Shown: positions 1 to 8,835 of the stretch, piece after piece
Layout of the letters: each line of letters begins with the position of its first letter
Position numbering within the stretch: the stretch's first letter is position 1
DNA from: Octopus sinensis
Taxonomy: Eukaryota
Direction: 5' to 3'
DNA length: 11,428 bases
Assembly (NCBI RefSeq): GCF_006345805.1
Contig: NW_021826922.1
Coordinates: forward strand, 1-11,428
The notes under the pieces: generated by a model
Database searches by the model: none
What the model was told of the DNA's origin: nothing
The model's input: the letters and a program-made list of their open reading frames with translations, nothing else
Translations under genes and position numbers: made by a program

Positions 1-155
1 TACCACCACCATACCACACAACACACACCATCACTCACAAAAAAACCATCGAGAGCTACTCCCACCATAACTACCGCAACCATCACCACCACCACCCACA
101 TAATTACAAACATTACCATCACAACTAGCACCACAATCATAACCAAGCCACAACC
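1..155. repeat. Degenerate (ACC/CAC)-rich low-complexity tract, continuing at 351-405
   Basis: Imperfect CAC/ACC/CAT triplets and almost no G. The same composition resumes after the SINE at 157-350. Confidence 0.8.
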
Positions 156-156
156 G

Positions 157-350
157 ATTTCTTATTACCCACAAGGGGCTAAACATAGAAGGGACAAACA
201 AGGACAGACATAGGTATAAGTCGATTACATCGACCCAGTGCGTAACTGGTACTTAATTTATCGACCCGAAAGGATGAAAGGTAAAGTCGACCTCGGCGGA
301 ATTTGAACTCACAACGTAACGGCAGACGAAATACCTCTAAGCATTTCGCC
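157..350 (-). mobile_element. tRNA-derived SINE family A, 5'-truncated, tail type 1
   Basis: Minus strand reads GGCGAAATGCTTAGAGGTATTTCGTCTGCC..GAGTTCAAATTCC (box B)..CCTTTCATCCTTTCGGGTCGATAAATTAAGTACCAG..GGGTCGATGTAATCGAC. It is homologous to 2985-3184 but lacks box A. Direct repeat GCCACAACC at 147-155 and 348-356. Confidence 0.92.
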
Positions 351-419
351 ACAACCACCATCAGCACCACTACTACCGCCACAGTTTCCACCTGTACCAT
401 CACCAGTGTCCGTCAACAC

Positions 420-876
420 CAAAACGTCTCCAAGATATCTTCATAAGCCCTGGTTCTTCGTCGATGCAGAGAGTTTTTTCTGTTTTCTTCTTTGATGTAC
501 CTTACCTCGCAAATGTTTGTACAGCTCCTTTTTGGTTTTTCTTTTCAGTTGGGTCCGTTTTCGCTTTTTCAAAGAAGTCTGCTTTTCGCCCATCAACCTC
601 TCGCTGCTCTCCATCCACATAAATGGATGGGGGTGGTGCTGCTGTTACAAGAGCGAACTTTCTAGTGGTTTTGTGTTAGTTAATGTTATTGTAGTGTTTG
701 AAGTATTTCCTCGCCGGTTGAAGCTTCTAGCCATCATCAAACACTCTTGGTCATGTGGATGGACAATTTCCTTTTTCGATTCACAAGTTGTACTTGGTGT
801 TACTCTAGAACCGTCAACCATAAATCTATTTTTGTCGCCCTTGTTCTTTAATTTTTCTGTGCTGAAAGCTCTTAGA
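420..876 (-). pseudogene. Possible C-terminal continuation of the decayed LINE ORF1
   Basis: Purine-rich minus strand with long partial frames (LRAFSTEKLKNK..., PPPSIYVDGEQREVDGRKADFFEKAK..., KKRKRTQLKRKTKK). It lies directly downstream of the zinc-knuckle-like relic once the SINE at 877-1303 is removed. No diagnostic motif. Confidence 0.25.
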
Positions 877-1102
877 TTACTCTTTTACTCTTTTACTCTT
901 TTACTTGTTTCAGTCATTTGACTGCGGCCATGCTGGAGCACCGCATTTAGTCGAGCAAATCGACCACGGGACTTATTCTTTGTAAGTCCAGTACTTATTC
1001 TATCGGTCTCTTTTGCCGAACCGCTAAGTGACGGGGACGTAAACACACCAGCATCGGTTGTCAAGCAATGCTAGGGGGACAAACACAGACACACAAACAC
1101 AT

Positions 1103-1141
<39 letters not shown>

Positions 1142-1303
1142 TACGACAGGCTTCTTTCAGTTTCCGTCTACCAAATCCACTCACAAGGCATTGGTCGGTC
1201 CGGGGCTATAGCAGAAGACACTTGCCCAAGATGCCACGCAGTGGGACTGAACCCGGAACTATGTGGTTGGTTAGCAAGCTACTTACCACACAACCACTCC
1301 TGC
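877..1303 (-). mobile_element. tRNA-derived SINE family B, near full length (CORE-like; resembles the octopus OR2/OK group)
   Basis: Minus strand has box A-like TGGTTGTGTGG, box B GGTTCAGTCCC (1243-1253), CORE-like GGCATCTTGGGCAAGTGTCTTC and an internal (TA)n/(TG)n tract. The 3' end is GGTGCTCCAGCATGGCCGCAGTCAAATGACTGAAACAA plus a (GTAAAAGA)n tail. Homologous to 1563-1846, 6038-6200, 6961-7070 and 9505-9633. Confidence 0.95.
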
Positions 1304-2356
1304 TTTTTTTTTTTACTTCAAAACAAACTGCTGGATTGTCTACTTTGGTTGCTGAGCTTCAAGGTCTTCCTCTTGACATTCCTTTCCCTGACATAGCCCA
1401 AGGATTGCTTTGTAGTCTTGCGAGGACAGGAAGACTTGTAAATGCATTGTGATATCCAACCACATATAGCTAAATATTGCTTCTGTAATGACCTCATGGT
1501 CATGCTGTGTCACCATGGTCACAGCTTGCCAACGATCGGCATTATTAACAATATCTCTGATGCTCTTTGCTCTTTTGCTCTTTTACTTGTTTCAGTCATT
1601 TGACTGTGGCCATGCTGGAGCACCGCCTTTAGTTGAGCAAATCGACCCCAGGACTTATTCTTTGTAAGCCTAGTATATATATACGACAGGCTTCTTTCAG
1701 TTTCCGTCTACCAAATCCACTCACAAGGCTTTGGTTGGACCGAGGCTATAGTAAAAGACACTTGCTCAAGGTGCCACGCAGTGGGACTGAACCCGGAACC
1801 ATGTGGTTCGTAAGCAAGCTACTTACCACACAGCCACTCCTACGCCTATGATGTTGACTTTTGTGCTTCTTTTCCCCAAATACTGACGTACAAGTTTTTG
1901 GACGGGCATTCAATGTCGTACTTAGGTTTGCACTTTTGCACTACTGTATGTTTAAAAGACCACCCATAGAGTGCTATATACCCTCCTTCTCCCAATGTGG
2001 GACATTGCTCATAAAATACGTTCTGAGGATGTCTTCAACTCTAATTTGTTTCAAACAATAAGGCCTGCTGTGTGTTTATGCAATATACATGTACTTGATT
2101 GTCAGATGTGAAAATGTATGCAGGCTTTAAGTCTTTCAGCAAAATGTTCCATATTAAGAGTCTTTTCGTTTGAAAGAATGTTAGCAAAAGACGACCTCTT
2201 ACTATTTGTGTTTCCGCCTGAAGCGGACGTGTAATAAGCAAATCTGTTCTAATTGTTTTTGTTGTCAAACGATGTGTATGAGATGCTTTTTTTATTTGCT
2301 GTCAATTTGTTTGTCTGCAATAATATAATGTTTGTTTTTTTTTTGGTGATTTTCAT
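1304..2356 (-). pseudogene. Decayed gag-like ORF1 of a non-LTR retrotransposon (L1/Tx1-like), interrupted by the SINE at 1563-1846
   Basis: Candidate ATG at 2356. Frameshifted pieces read KRSSFANILSNEK, RVEDILRTYF, HIGRRRVYSTLWVVF (1999-1955), ANLSTTL, QYLGKRSTKVNI|RDI, EVITEAIFSY, MHLQVFLS and LGYVR/KECQ (a CCHC-knuckle-like relic). The family assignment is my pattern recognition, not a database result. Confidence 0.45.
1563..1846 (-). mobile_element. SINE family B, both ends intact, with a ~142-bp internal deletion
   Basis: Head GGCGTAGGAGTGGCTGTGTGG..GGTTCAGTCCC and tail (GYAAAAGA)n are present. The segment equivalent to 994-1140 is reduced to 5 bp. TSD-like TCTGATG (1556-1562) / TATGATG (1847-1853). 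Confidence 0.95.
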
Positions 2357-2624
2357 GGTTCGTTGGCTGTAATGTTTGAGGAGGGAGGGTGTTCCGCCGA
2401 AAGAAAAAAAGAAACCGTTATTTTTACCTGAGAGTTAGGTGGTAGAATGAATATAAATATTAAAAGATAAACAAAACAAAAAGACCTTCCAAAAACGTTC
2501 AGTATATGTCTCTGTATCAAATAAAGCTTAAAACAAGCATTTAAGCATTACAGCTAAACATGTAACATGGAGAAATATCGAAGCAGGATGTTGTAGCGTT
2601 TCACAGGTCCGCAGCAACTAACAC

Positions 2625-2642
2625 TAATAATAATAATCATGA

Positions 2643-2687
<45 letters not shown>

Positions 2688-2693
2688 AACTGC

Positions 2694-2729
<36 letters not shown>

Positions 2730-2864
2730 CACCACCACCACTACTACTACTACTACTACTGCTACTGCTGCTGTTGCTGCTGCTCTGCTGCTCTGCTGCT
2801 CCGACTACTACTACTACTGCTACTACTACTACTACTACTACTACTACTAATAATAATAATAATG

Positions 2865-2897
<33 letters not shown>

Positions 2898-2984
2898 TAA
2901 TAATAATAATAATAACAACAACAACAACAGTAATAATAATAATAATAATAATAATAATATTAATTATAGTAACTATTATTATAA
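2625..2984. repeat. Compound trinucleotide microsatellite (TAA)(CTA)n(CCA)n(CTG)n(CTA)n(AAT)n(AAC)
   Basis: Directly visible. It is the source of the homopolymeric ORFs 2554-3000 and 2639-3016. Confidence 0.97.
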
Positions 2985-3184
2985 TTTCTACAATAGGCAC
3001 AAGGCCTGAAATTTGATGGAAGTAGACTAGTCGACTACACCGACCCCAGAGCGTAACTGGTACTTATTCATCGACAGGATGAAAATGCGAAGTCGACCTT
3101 GGCGGAATTTGAACTTCGAACGTAAAGACGGACGAAATACCGCTAAACATTTTGCCCGGCGTGCTAACGGTTCTGCCAGCTCAC
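2985..3184 (-). mobile_element. SINE family A, near full length, tail type 2
   Basis: Minus strand reads GTGAGCTGGCAGAACCGTTAGCACGCCGGG (box A region)..AAGTTCAAATTCC (box B)..ATAAGTACCAG..GGGGTCGGTGTAGTCGAC..ATTTCAGGCCTTGTGCCTATTGTAGAAAT, followed by an (ATT)-rich tail. Confidence 0.93.
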
Positions 3185-3195
3185 AATCTTAATGA

Positions 3196-3259
3196 CAATA
3201 ATAATAATTACAATAATAATAATAATATAATAATAATAATAATAATGATAATAATAATG

Positions 3260-3292
<33 letters not shown>

Positions 3293-3370
3293 TATAATTA
3301 ATTATAATAAGATATATTATTATAATAAGATATATTATAATACTATATAATTATTATAATAAGATATAAT
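3196..3370. repeat. (AAT)n microsatellite grading into 18-bp units ATTATAATAAGATATATT
   Basis: 18-bp units at 3301-3318, 3319-3336 and (one mismatch) 3353-3370. Confidence 0.9.
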
Positions 3371-3480
3371 TAAAGAGGTATCGAAGACGTTCCTTCAATA
3401 GATGAGAATATGCAGTTATAATTCTAATTTCATACCCGTCTATAGAGGGTAAGACTCCGATACCTCCTTGCTTATATCTT
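3361..3480. repeat. 28-bp imperfect inverted repeat with an internal palindrome
   Basis: 3361-3388 matches the reverse complement of 3453-3480 at 23/28 positions. TACCC(G)TCTATAGAGGGTA at 3433-3451 is an 18-bp palindrome with a 1-nt bulge. Confidence 0.75.
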
Positions 3481-3788
3481 CAGTATCCGACATAGTTCCC
3501 ATCTCTTTCGCACACGGATACCAATATAACTCTCTTAGATTCAAATTTTTCTGCTATGTTCCTTTTTAATTTCTTTATATTATGGTTTCTTTTCTTCCTG
3601 CACTGAGGAGCATGTTGATATTTATTTAATTTCATTCAATCATGGATTTATATCATTATTATATATCTCTGTACGAAACGATCGTCTGCAAGAATTAAAC
3701 TTCATATAAATTTTAACAAATTGTTTCCTCCATTTTTAACAAAATTGATGGGTTTTATGAAGCTTCATTTCATAAATTCATCATACAT

Positions 3789-3841
3789 TATACACACACA
3801 CACACACACACACAAATATATATATATCTATATATATATAT

Positions 3842-3876
<35 letters not shown>

Positions 3877-4049
3877 AAGACGCGTAAATGTGAATATATA
3901 TATATATATATAATAATATGTCTATGCATCTATGCACATATATAAATATATATATATATGTATATATACATATGATATATACATACATATATATATATTT
4001 ATATATATATATCTATATATATATATATATATATATACATAACATATAC

Positions 4050-4116
<67 letters not shown>

Positions 4117-4170
4117 CCGTATTCTATATATATATCTGTAATATATAATATATATATATATATATACACA
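3789..4170. repeat. Compound dinucleotide microsatellite (CA)n(TA)n(GA)n...(TA)n
   Basis: Directly visible. Confidence 0.97.
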
Positions 4171-4665
4171 TGCCTTTACATATTCTTCAGCATTTCCAAC
4201 ATCAGCTTGCAGAGGAAAACCAGCAGAAAAAGAAAGAAAAAACAGGAAATAGTTAAAAAAATGAAAACATAGAATTAACTGAAAAAAAAAAAAACCAACC
4301 GCAGAAAAGCCGAAAAGATAAATACTAACAAATGTGTTTTCACACCAACAAGAGTTATCAGGAAGAAAGACAATCATACAATTTGTTTTATTCTATCCTA
4401 TTTTATTTTTTATTTTCAGTCGACACCAAAAGCTATAATTTCTCTTCAACTTAACTGTTGCTCGGTTACGAAACGGAGCGAACAAACAATAGTAAAATAA
4501 AGAATTACAACAAATAACACCAAATATTTGATTGAATGCCTCTTTGCAAGATCGCTAGACACATAGGAACCGCATTATTTTTTTATTATTTTTTTTCTGT
4601 CAATGGCTGGCCTGGACATCCCCAGTCAACAGTGTATACGTGCGCATATGTGCATATGTAATTGC

Positions 4666-4666
4666 G

Positions 4667-4697
<31 letters not shown>

Positions 4698-4710
4698 TGT
4701 GTGTGTGTGT
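4666..4710. repeat. (GT)n microsatellite
   Basis: About 22 units with one phase slip. Confidence 0.97.
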
Positions 4711-4834
4711 AAATAAATTTTATTTAGAAAATTTACTAGGTATCTGCATTTATGCGCTCATGTGTATAAGTATGTGAATAGCCGTGCGTCTGTAAGAGTG
4801 TGTGTGAAATTATCCACACATACGCAAATTCGCG

Positions 4835-5006
4835 TATATACATACATATGCGAACATACACACACATCCATACATACATGTATATATATACATACATACA
4901 TATATACATATATATACATATATAGTTATATATTTATATATGTATATATATACATATATATAAATGTATACATACATATAAATCTATACATACATATATA
5001 TAATAA

Positions 5007-5101
<95 letters not shown>

Positions 5102-5110
5102 TACATATAA
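4835..5110. repeat. (TA)n/(TACA)n microsatellite
   Basis: Directly visible. Confidence 0.95.
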
Positions 5111-5366
5111 ATGTGTGTTTGCATAAGTATACGTAAATTAATCTTCTTTTTTTTGTGGGTATAGGTATACATAAAGACAATCAACCATTAATGGAGAAAT
5201 TATCTAACTAGTGTAACAAATGTATTACTGTCTTTTCGTTTTGGAGATCAAGAAAGAGTTGACAGTACATCGAAGTTTCGAACTAGTTTGCTTTCGTCTG
5301 GCGTGTGTGTGGAAATAAAGACTTACGGCAGGGATACAAGATTTCACAGACACAGGGAGAATATCG

Positions 5367-5368
<2 letters not shown>

Positions 5369-5441
<73 letters not shown>

Positions 5442-5578
5442 CAGTATATATATATTCATATATACATGTATATATGTATGTAAGTGTGTATGTATAGAAA
5501 GGGAGAGAAAGAGAGGGATACATATACACACATGCATGCAAACACACACATACACATATGCACACTCACACATATATG
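5369..5578. repeat. (TA)n/(TG)/(GA)/(CA) compound microsatellite
   Basis: Directly visible. Confidence 0.95.
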
Positions 5579-5781
5579 AGCCAATGTACATGTGTAATTG
5601 AGAGGTAAAAAGAGGGTAGTCAACCCCTAAATTTGTATGCTACAATCTGACTTGCATTGCATAAAGGTACTTGGGTCTTGCAGACGGGTAGATTCCCAAG
5701 GGCACCGTCGAGGCAAAGGGAGAGTTTGGGGCATATTTTAAACATAGTGGAGCCCATTCTCCTACGGGCCTGACTACAGCC

Positions 5782-5921
5782 GATTTCTTCTAGGATCAGT
5801 CAAGAACAGACAGACAAAATGTAAGAAACGAAAATAATAATTGACCTTGGTATAAACCTGGTACCGTATCAAGCCCAAAGAATGAGAAGCAACATTGTCC
5901 TTTGTGGTATTTGAATTTAGG
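5782..5921 (-). mobile_element. Old, diverged SINE family A fragment
   Basis: TTGACCTTGGTATAAACCTGGTACC..AAGCCCAAAGAATGAGAAGCAACATTGTCCTTTGTGGTATTTGAATTTAG aligns colinearly with TCGACCCAGTGCGTAACTGGTACT..GACCCGAAAGGATGAAAGGTAAAGTCGACCTCGGCGGAATTTGAACTCAC (230-312). Confidence 0.65.
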
Positions 5922-6037
5922 GTGACGCCGTCATTCGTCATTTAATGATTTAATTTATTGGAAAATGAAGCTTCAAATATTGCTACTCCGAGTTCCTTGA
6001 TTCCGACGTTCAAACGATTACGGAAAAGAAAATTTAA

Positions 6038-6200
6038 ACTTAGCGGTTCAGCACGTCACTTAGCGGTTCGGCAAAAGCGACCGATAGAATAAGTACTGGG
6101 ATTACAAAAGAATAAGTCCCGGGGTCGAGTTGCTCGATTAAAGGCGGTGCTCCAGCATGGCCGCAGTCAAATGACTGAAACAAGTAAAAGAGTAAAGAGT
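6038..6200 (+). mobile_element. SINE family B, 3' half (5'-truncated), with a 16-bp duplication at the 5' junction
   Basis: Reverse complement of about 880-1033. Ends CTGAAACAAGTAAAAGAGTAAAGAGT. Confidence 0.93.
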
Positions 6201-6721
6201 TTCGTGAATTTGTAAAAACGTGTATAGTAATTTCTGTTTGTTTCACAGGTCGATAAAATGGTATGTAATTGATTAATTTCTTTACAGCTGTTCCGAAAAA
6301 TAGGTGCTGGCAACACTTAAGGCTAGTGTACGTGCCTTCAAACCTATGACAACTTGTAAGCCGCAACTTGGAATTCACTATTAATTTCCTACTTCTAAAA
6401 TTTGATAGATGTGTACTCTTCCAAAAAGTATTAAGTGATCATTCAAAATAATATTCAATATATATAATTATGTATATATATGTATACTAACTTCGATGCA
6501 TACCTACATATTTATGTGAACTGGCGCACACACCACACACCACACACAAGCATATCGATACTTTATTATTTCTTTGAACTGTATTTGTTGTCATATTTCT
6601 ACGTTGGCAAGTCTTGGTCTTTGTAAATAAGTTTTTGGGAAATAGGAAAACGATGGAGAGAAATTTGATGAAAGAGGAATAAGAAGGGGTAGGGAGAAGG
6701 AAAAAGAAAAACAATTACATA

Positions 6722-6956
6722 TAGTAGTAGTAGTATTAGTAGTAGTAGTAGTAGTAGCAGTAGTAGTAGTAGTAGTAGTAGTAGCAGTAGTAGTAGTAGT
6801 AGCAGTAGTAGCAGCAGTAGTAGTTGTAGTAGTAGCAGTAGTAGTAGCAGTAGTAGTAGCAGTAGTAGTTGTAGTAGTAGCAGCAGCAGTAGTAGTAGCA
6901 GTAGTAGCAGCGGTAATAGTTGTAGTGGTAGTAGTAGCAGCAGTAGTAAAAGTAGT
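6722..6956. repeat. (AGT/AGC)n microsatellite
   Basis: Directly visible. Confidence 0.97.
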
Positions 6957-6960
6957 CCAA

Positions 6961-7070
6961 GGGCTTACAAAGAATAAGTCCTGGTGTCGATTTGCTCGAC
7001 TAAAGGCGGTGCGCTCCAGCATGGCCACAGTGAAATGCCCTGAAACAGGTAAAAGAGAGTAAAAGAGAGT
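6961..7070 (+). mobile_element. SINE family B, 3' terminal fragment
   Basis: GGGCTTACAAAGAATAAGTCCTGGTGTCGATTTGCTCGACTAAAGGCGGTGCGCTCCAGCATGGCCACAG..CTGAAACAG followed by a (GTAAAAGAGA)2 tail. Confidence 0.92.
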
Positions 7071-7088
7071 TACTCCCTTTTCCAGCCT

Positions 7089-7317
7089 CCCACCGCCACC
7101 GCCACCACCGCATCATCTTTGCCATAATATCACCTTTCGTACTATCACTATCACCACCACCAACGAGCACCACTGCCGCCACCACCACCGACAACGATGA
7201 CGACGATGACGACGACGATGACACTGCCAAACACAACACAACACAACACCACACAGCGACAACACTCAAAAAGAGAGAAAAATGTTCTTCTTCTTCTTCT
7301 TCTTCTTCTTCTTCTTC
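7089..7317. repeat. Low-complexity (CAC/CGC)(GAC/GAT)(CAACA) tract followed by (TTC)11
   Basis: Directly visible. (TTC)n at 7285-7317. Confidence 0.85.
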
Positions 7318-7579
7318 AAGCATTTATATAATTAAAGCTGCTATAAATAGCTGACGGTATAGAATCCAAACACGTAACGATTGTGTTGAGCAATAAAACC
7401 GTATGTCACCTTTTGACAACAACTCACTAACTGATGGTACTTCCGGGACCACATTAGCGTTCACACACACAACTGTTAGAATGCTAGAATACAAGAATGT
7501 CAGAATAATTTTTCTACGCACCAATATTGATTATCTATAATAAATATTTGCCAACACTGAAATCTCAGGTGTCCATCGC

Positions 7580-7708
7580 TTTTTTTTTTCATTTATTTTT
7601 CATTTATTTTTTTCATTTATTCTATTTTATTTTATTTTATTTTATTTTATTTATTCTTACATTTATTTATGCCGTTTTTTTTGACTTGTTTTTAATTCCT
7701 TTTATTTC
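7580..7708. repeat. T-rich (TTTTA)n tract
   Basis: Directly visible. Confidence 0.85.
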
Positions 7709-7870
7709 GTGAAGAAAGAAAAAAAAAATTATCATCGCCGCCATTTTGTTAGTATTTTGCTTGTCTTTTGAAAGGAAGAAACACCACTCTCCCCTCTCCC
7801 CTCTCCCCTCTCCCACCATTATTCATCCATTTTCTTCGTTCCGCTTTAAACTTTATTCATTTTCAATATA

Positions 7871-7945
7871 CAACAACAACTACTGCTGCTGCTACTACTA
7901 TGACCACCGTCGCCACTACTACTACTACTACTACTACTGCTGCTG

Positions 7946-8016
<71 letters not shown>

Positions 8017-8042
8017 GCTACTGCTGCTGCTGCTACTGCTGC
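7871..8042. repeat. (CTA/CTG)n microsatellite
   Basis: Directly visible. Reverse-complementary in type to 6722-6956. Confidence 0.96.
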
Positions 8043-8137
8043 TTGAAAGCCCCTGCCATCACTACCATAGTCATAATATTTATCATGAATTGCTCCATCA
8101 TCATCGTCGTCTTCAGATGTGGAATCGTCTTCATTAA

Positions 8138-8189
8138 TTCTTCTTCTTCTTCTTCTTCTTCTTCTTCTTCTTCTTCTTCTTCTTCTTCT

Positions 8190-8224
<35 letters not shown>

Positions 8225-8559
8225 TTCTCATTCCCTCCCTCCTCCTCCTTCATCTTTATTTTCTTCTCTCATCCTCCATCATCTCCTCCTCTTCATCTTC
8301 ATCTTCATCTTCATCTTCCCCTTCCCTCTTCCCCTTCTTCTTCTTCTCCTCATGCCCTCCCTCCTCCTTCATCATTATTTTCTTCTCCCATACTCCATCA
8401 TCTCCTCCACTTACCCTAACCCCTTCTCCCCTCCCCTCTCCTCCTCTCCCTTCCCTCCTCCTTCCCCTTCTCTCCTCCTCCCCTTCTTCTCTCTTCTTCT
8501 CCTCCTTCTCCTCCTCTCTCCTTCCTCCTTCTCTCTTCTCCTTCTCTTCTTTCTTCTCC
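8138..8559. repeat. (TTC)n plus a ~420-bp polypyrimidine/polypurine tract
   Basis: Pure (TTC)n at 8138-8212, then CT-rich sequence with essentially one G on the plus strand. Confidence 0.95.
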
Positions 8560-8835
8560 ATCGAACATCCCAAATCACCATGACCGTAATGAGCCCGATG
8601 ACGTCGACAATCCCCACTACCAGCACTAACAACAACAAAAACCGCCGCCACCACCAATAATAATAATAATAATAATAATGATGGCAACAGTCATCTATCA
8701 GTGTTTATTGCTATTCTCATCGTTCTTTGCCGCGAGTTGGCAACAAAAGGTGCGTGCGATGTCTTCCTACACACCTGATACAAAGGTGAACACAAAAAAG
8801 CTGTTATAATGCCTTGTCAAAATAGTATTTGGAGC

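Noticed and set aside
1225-1303. tRNA genes at SINE heads (also about 1770-1846, 3100-3184, 9505-9570)
   Set aside because: Box A/B are present, but there is no convincing cloverleaf and each continues directly into a SINE body.
1058-1851. ORFs 1058-1396, 1222-1452 and 1633-1851 sharing peptide motifs (also 179-403, 6040-6378, 9419-9776)
   Set aside because: The shared peptides are translations of the same non-coding SINE families, not paralogous genes.
2427-2490. Minus-strand splice acceptor (pyrimidine tract, CCTAAC, CAG|G)
   Set aside because: The downstream sequence has stops in all frames and is better explained as the 5' region of the decayed LINE. No transcript evidence.
3425-3530. 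Intact hammerhead ribozyme on the minus strand (stem, CTGAAGA ... GAAA)
   Set aside because: No NUH triplet sits directly before the stem, and no stem II closes immediately between CTGAAGA and GAAA.
4170-4500. Plus-strand acceptor-like sites (TTCTTCAG at 4190; TTTTATTTTCAG at 4419) with short frames such as [17 protein letters not shown]
   Set aside because: The frames close quickly, there is no good donor, and such motifs are common in AT-rich DNA.
5640-5781. GC-richer unique-looking segment next to the old SINE
   Set aside because: I recognise no ORF, terminal repeat or family motif. It may be another decayed repeat, but I cannot support a call.
7341-7350. TATA-like CTATAAATAG
   Set aside because: No supported downstream gene, and the motif is expected by chance at this AT content.
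2554-8687. Long ORFs with poly-L/S/T/Y/I or IYIY runs (e.g. 2554-3000, 2639-3016, 3918-4377, 6591-7028, 7746-8660)
   Set aside because: They are stop-free translations of di- and trinucleotide microsatellites, open in several frames and on both strands, with no domain content.
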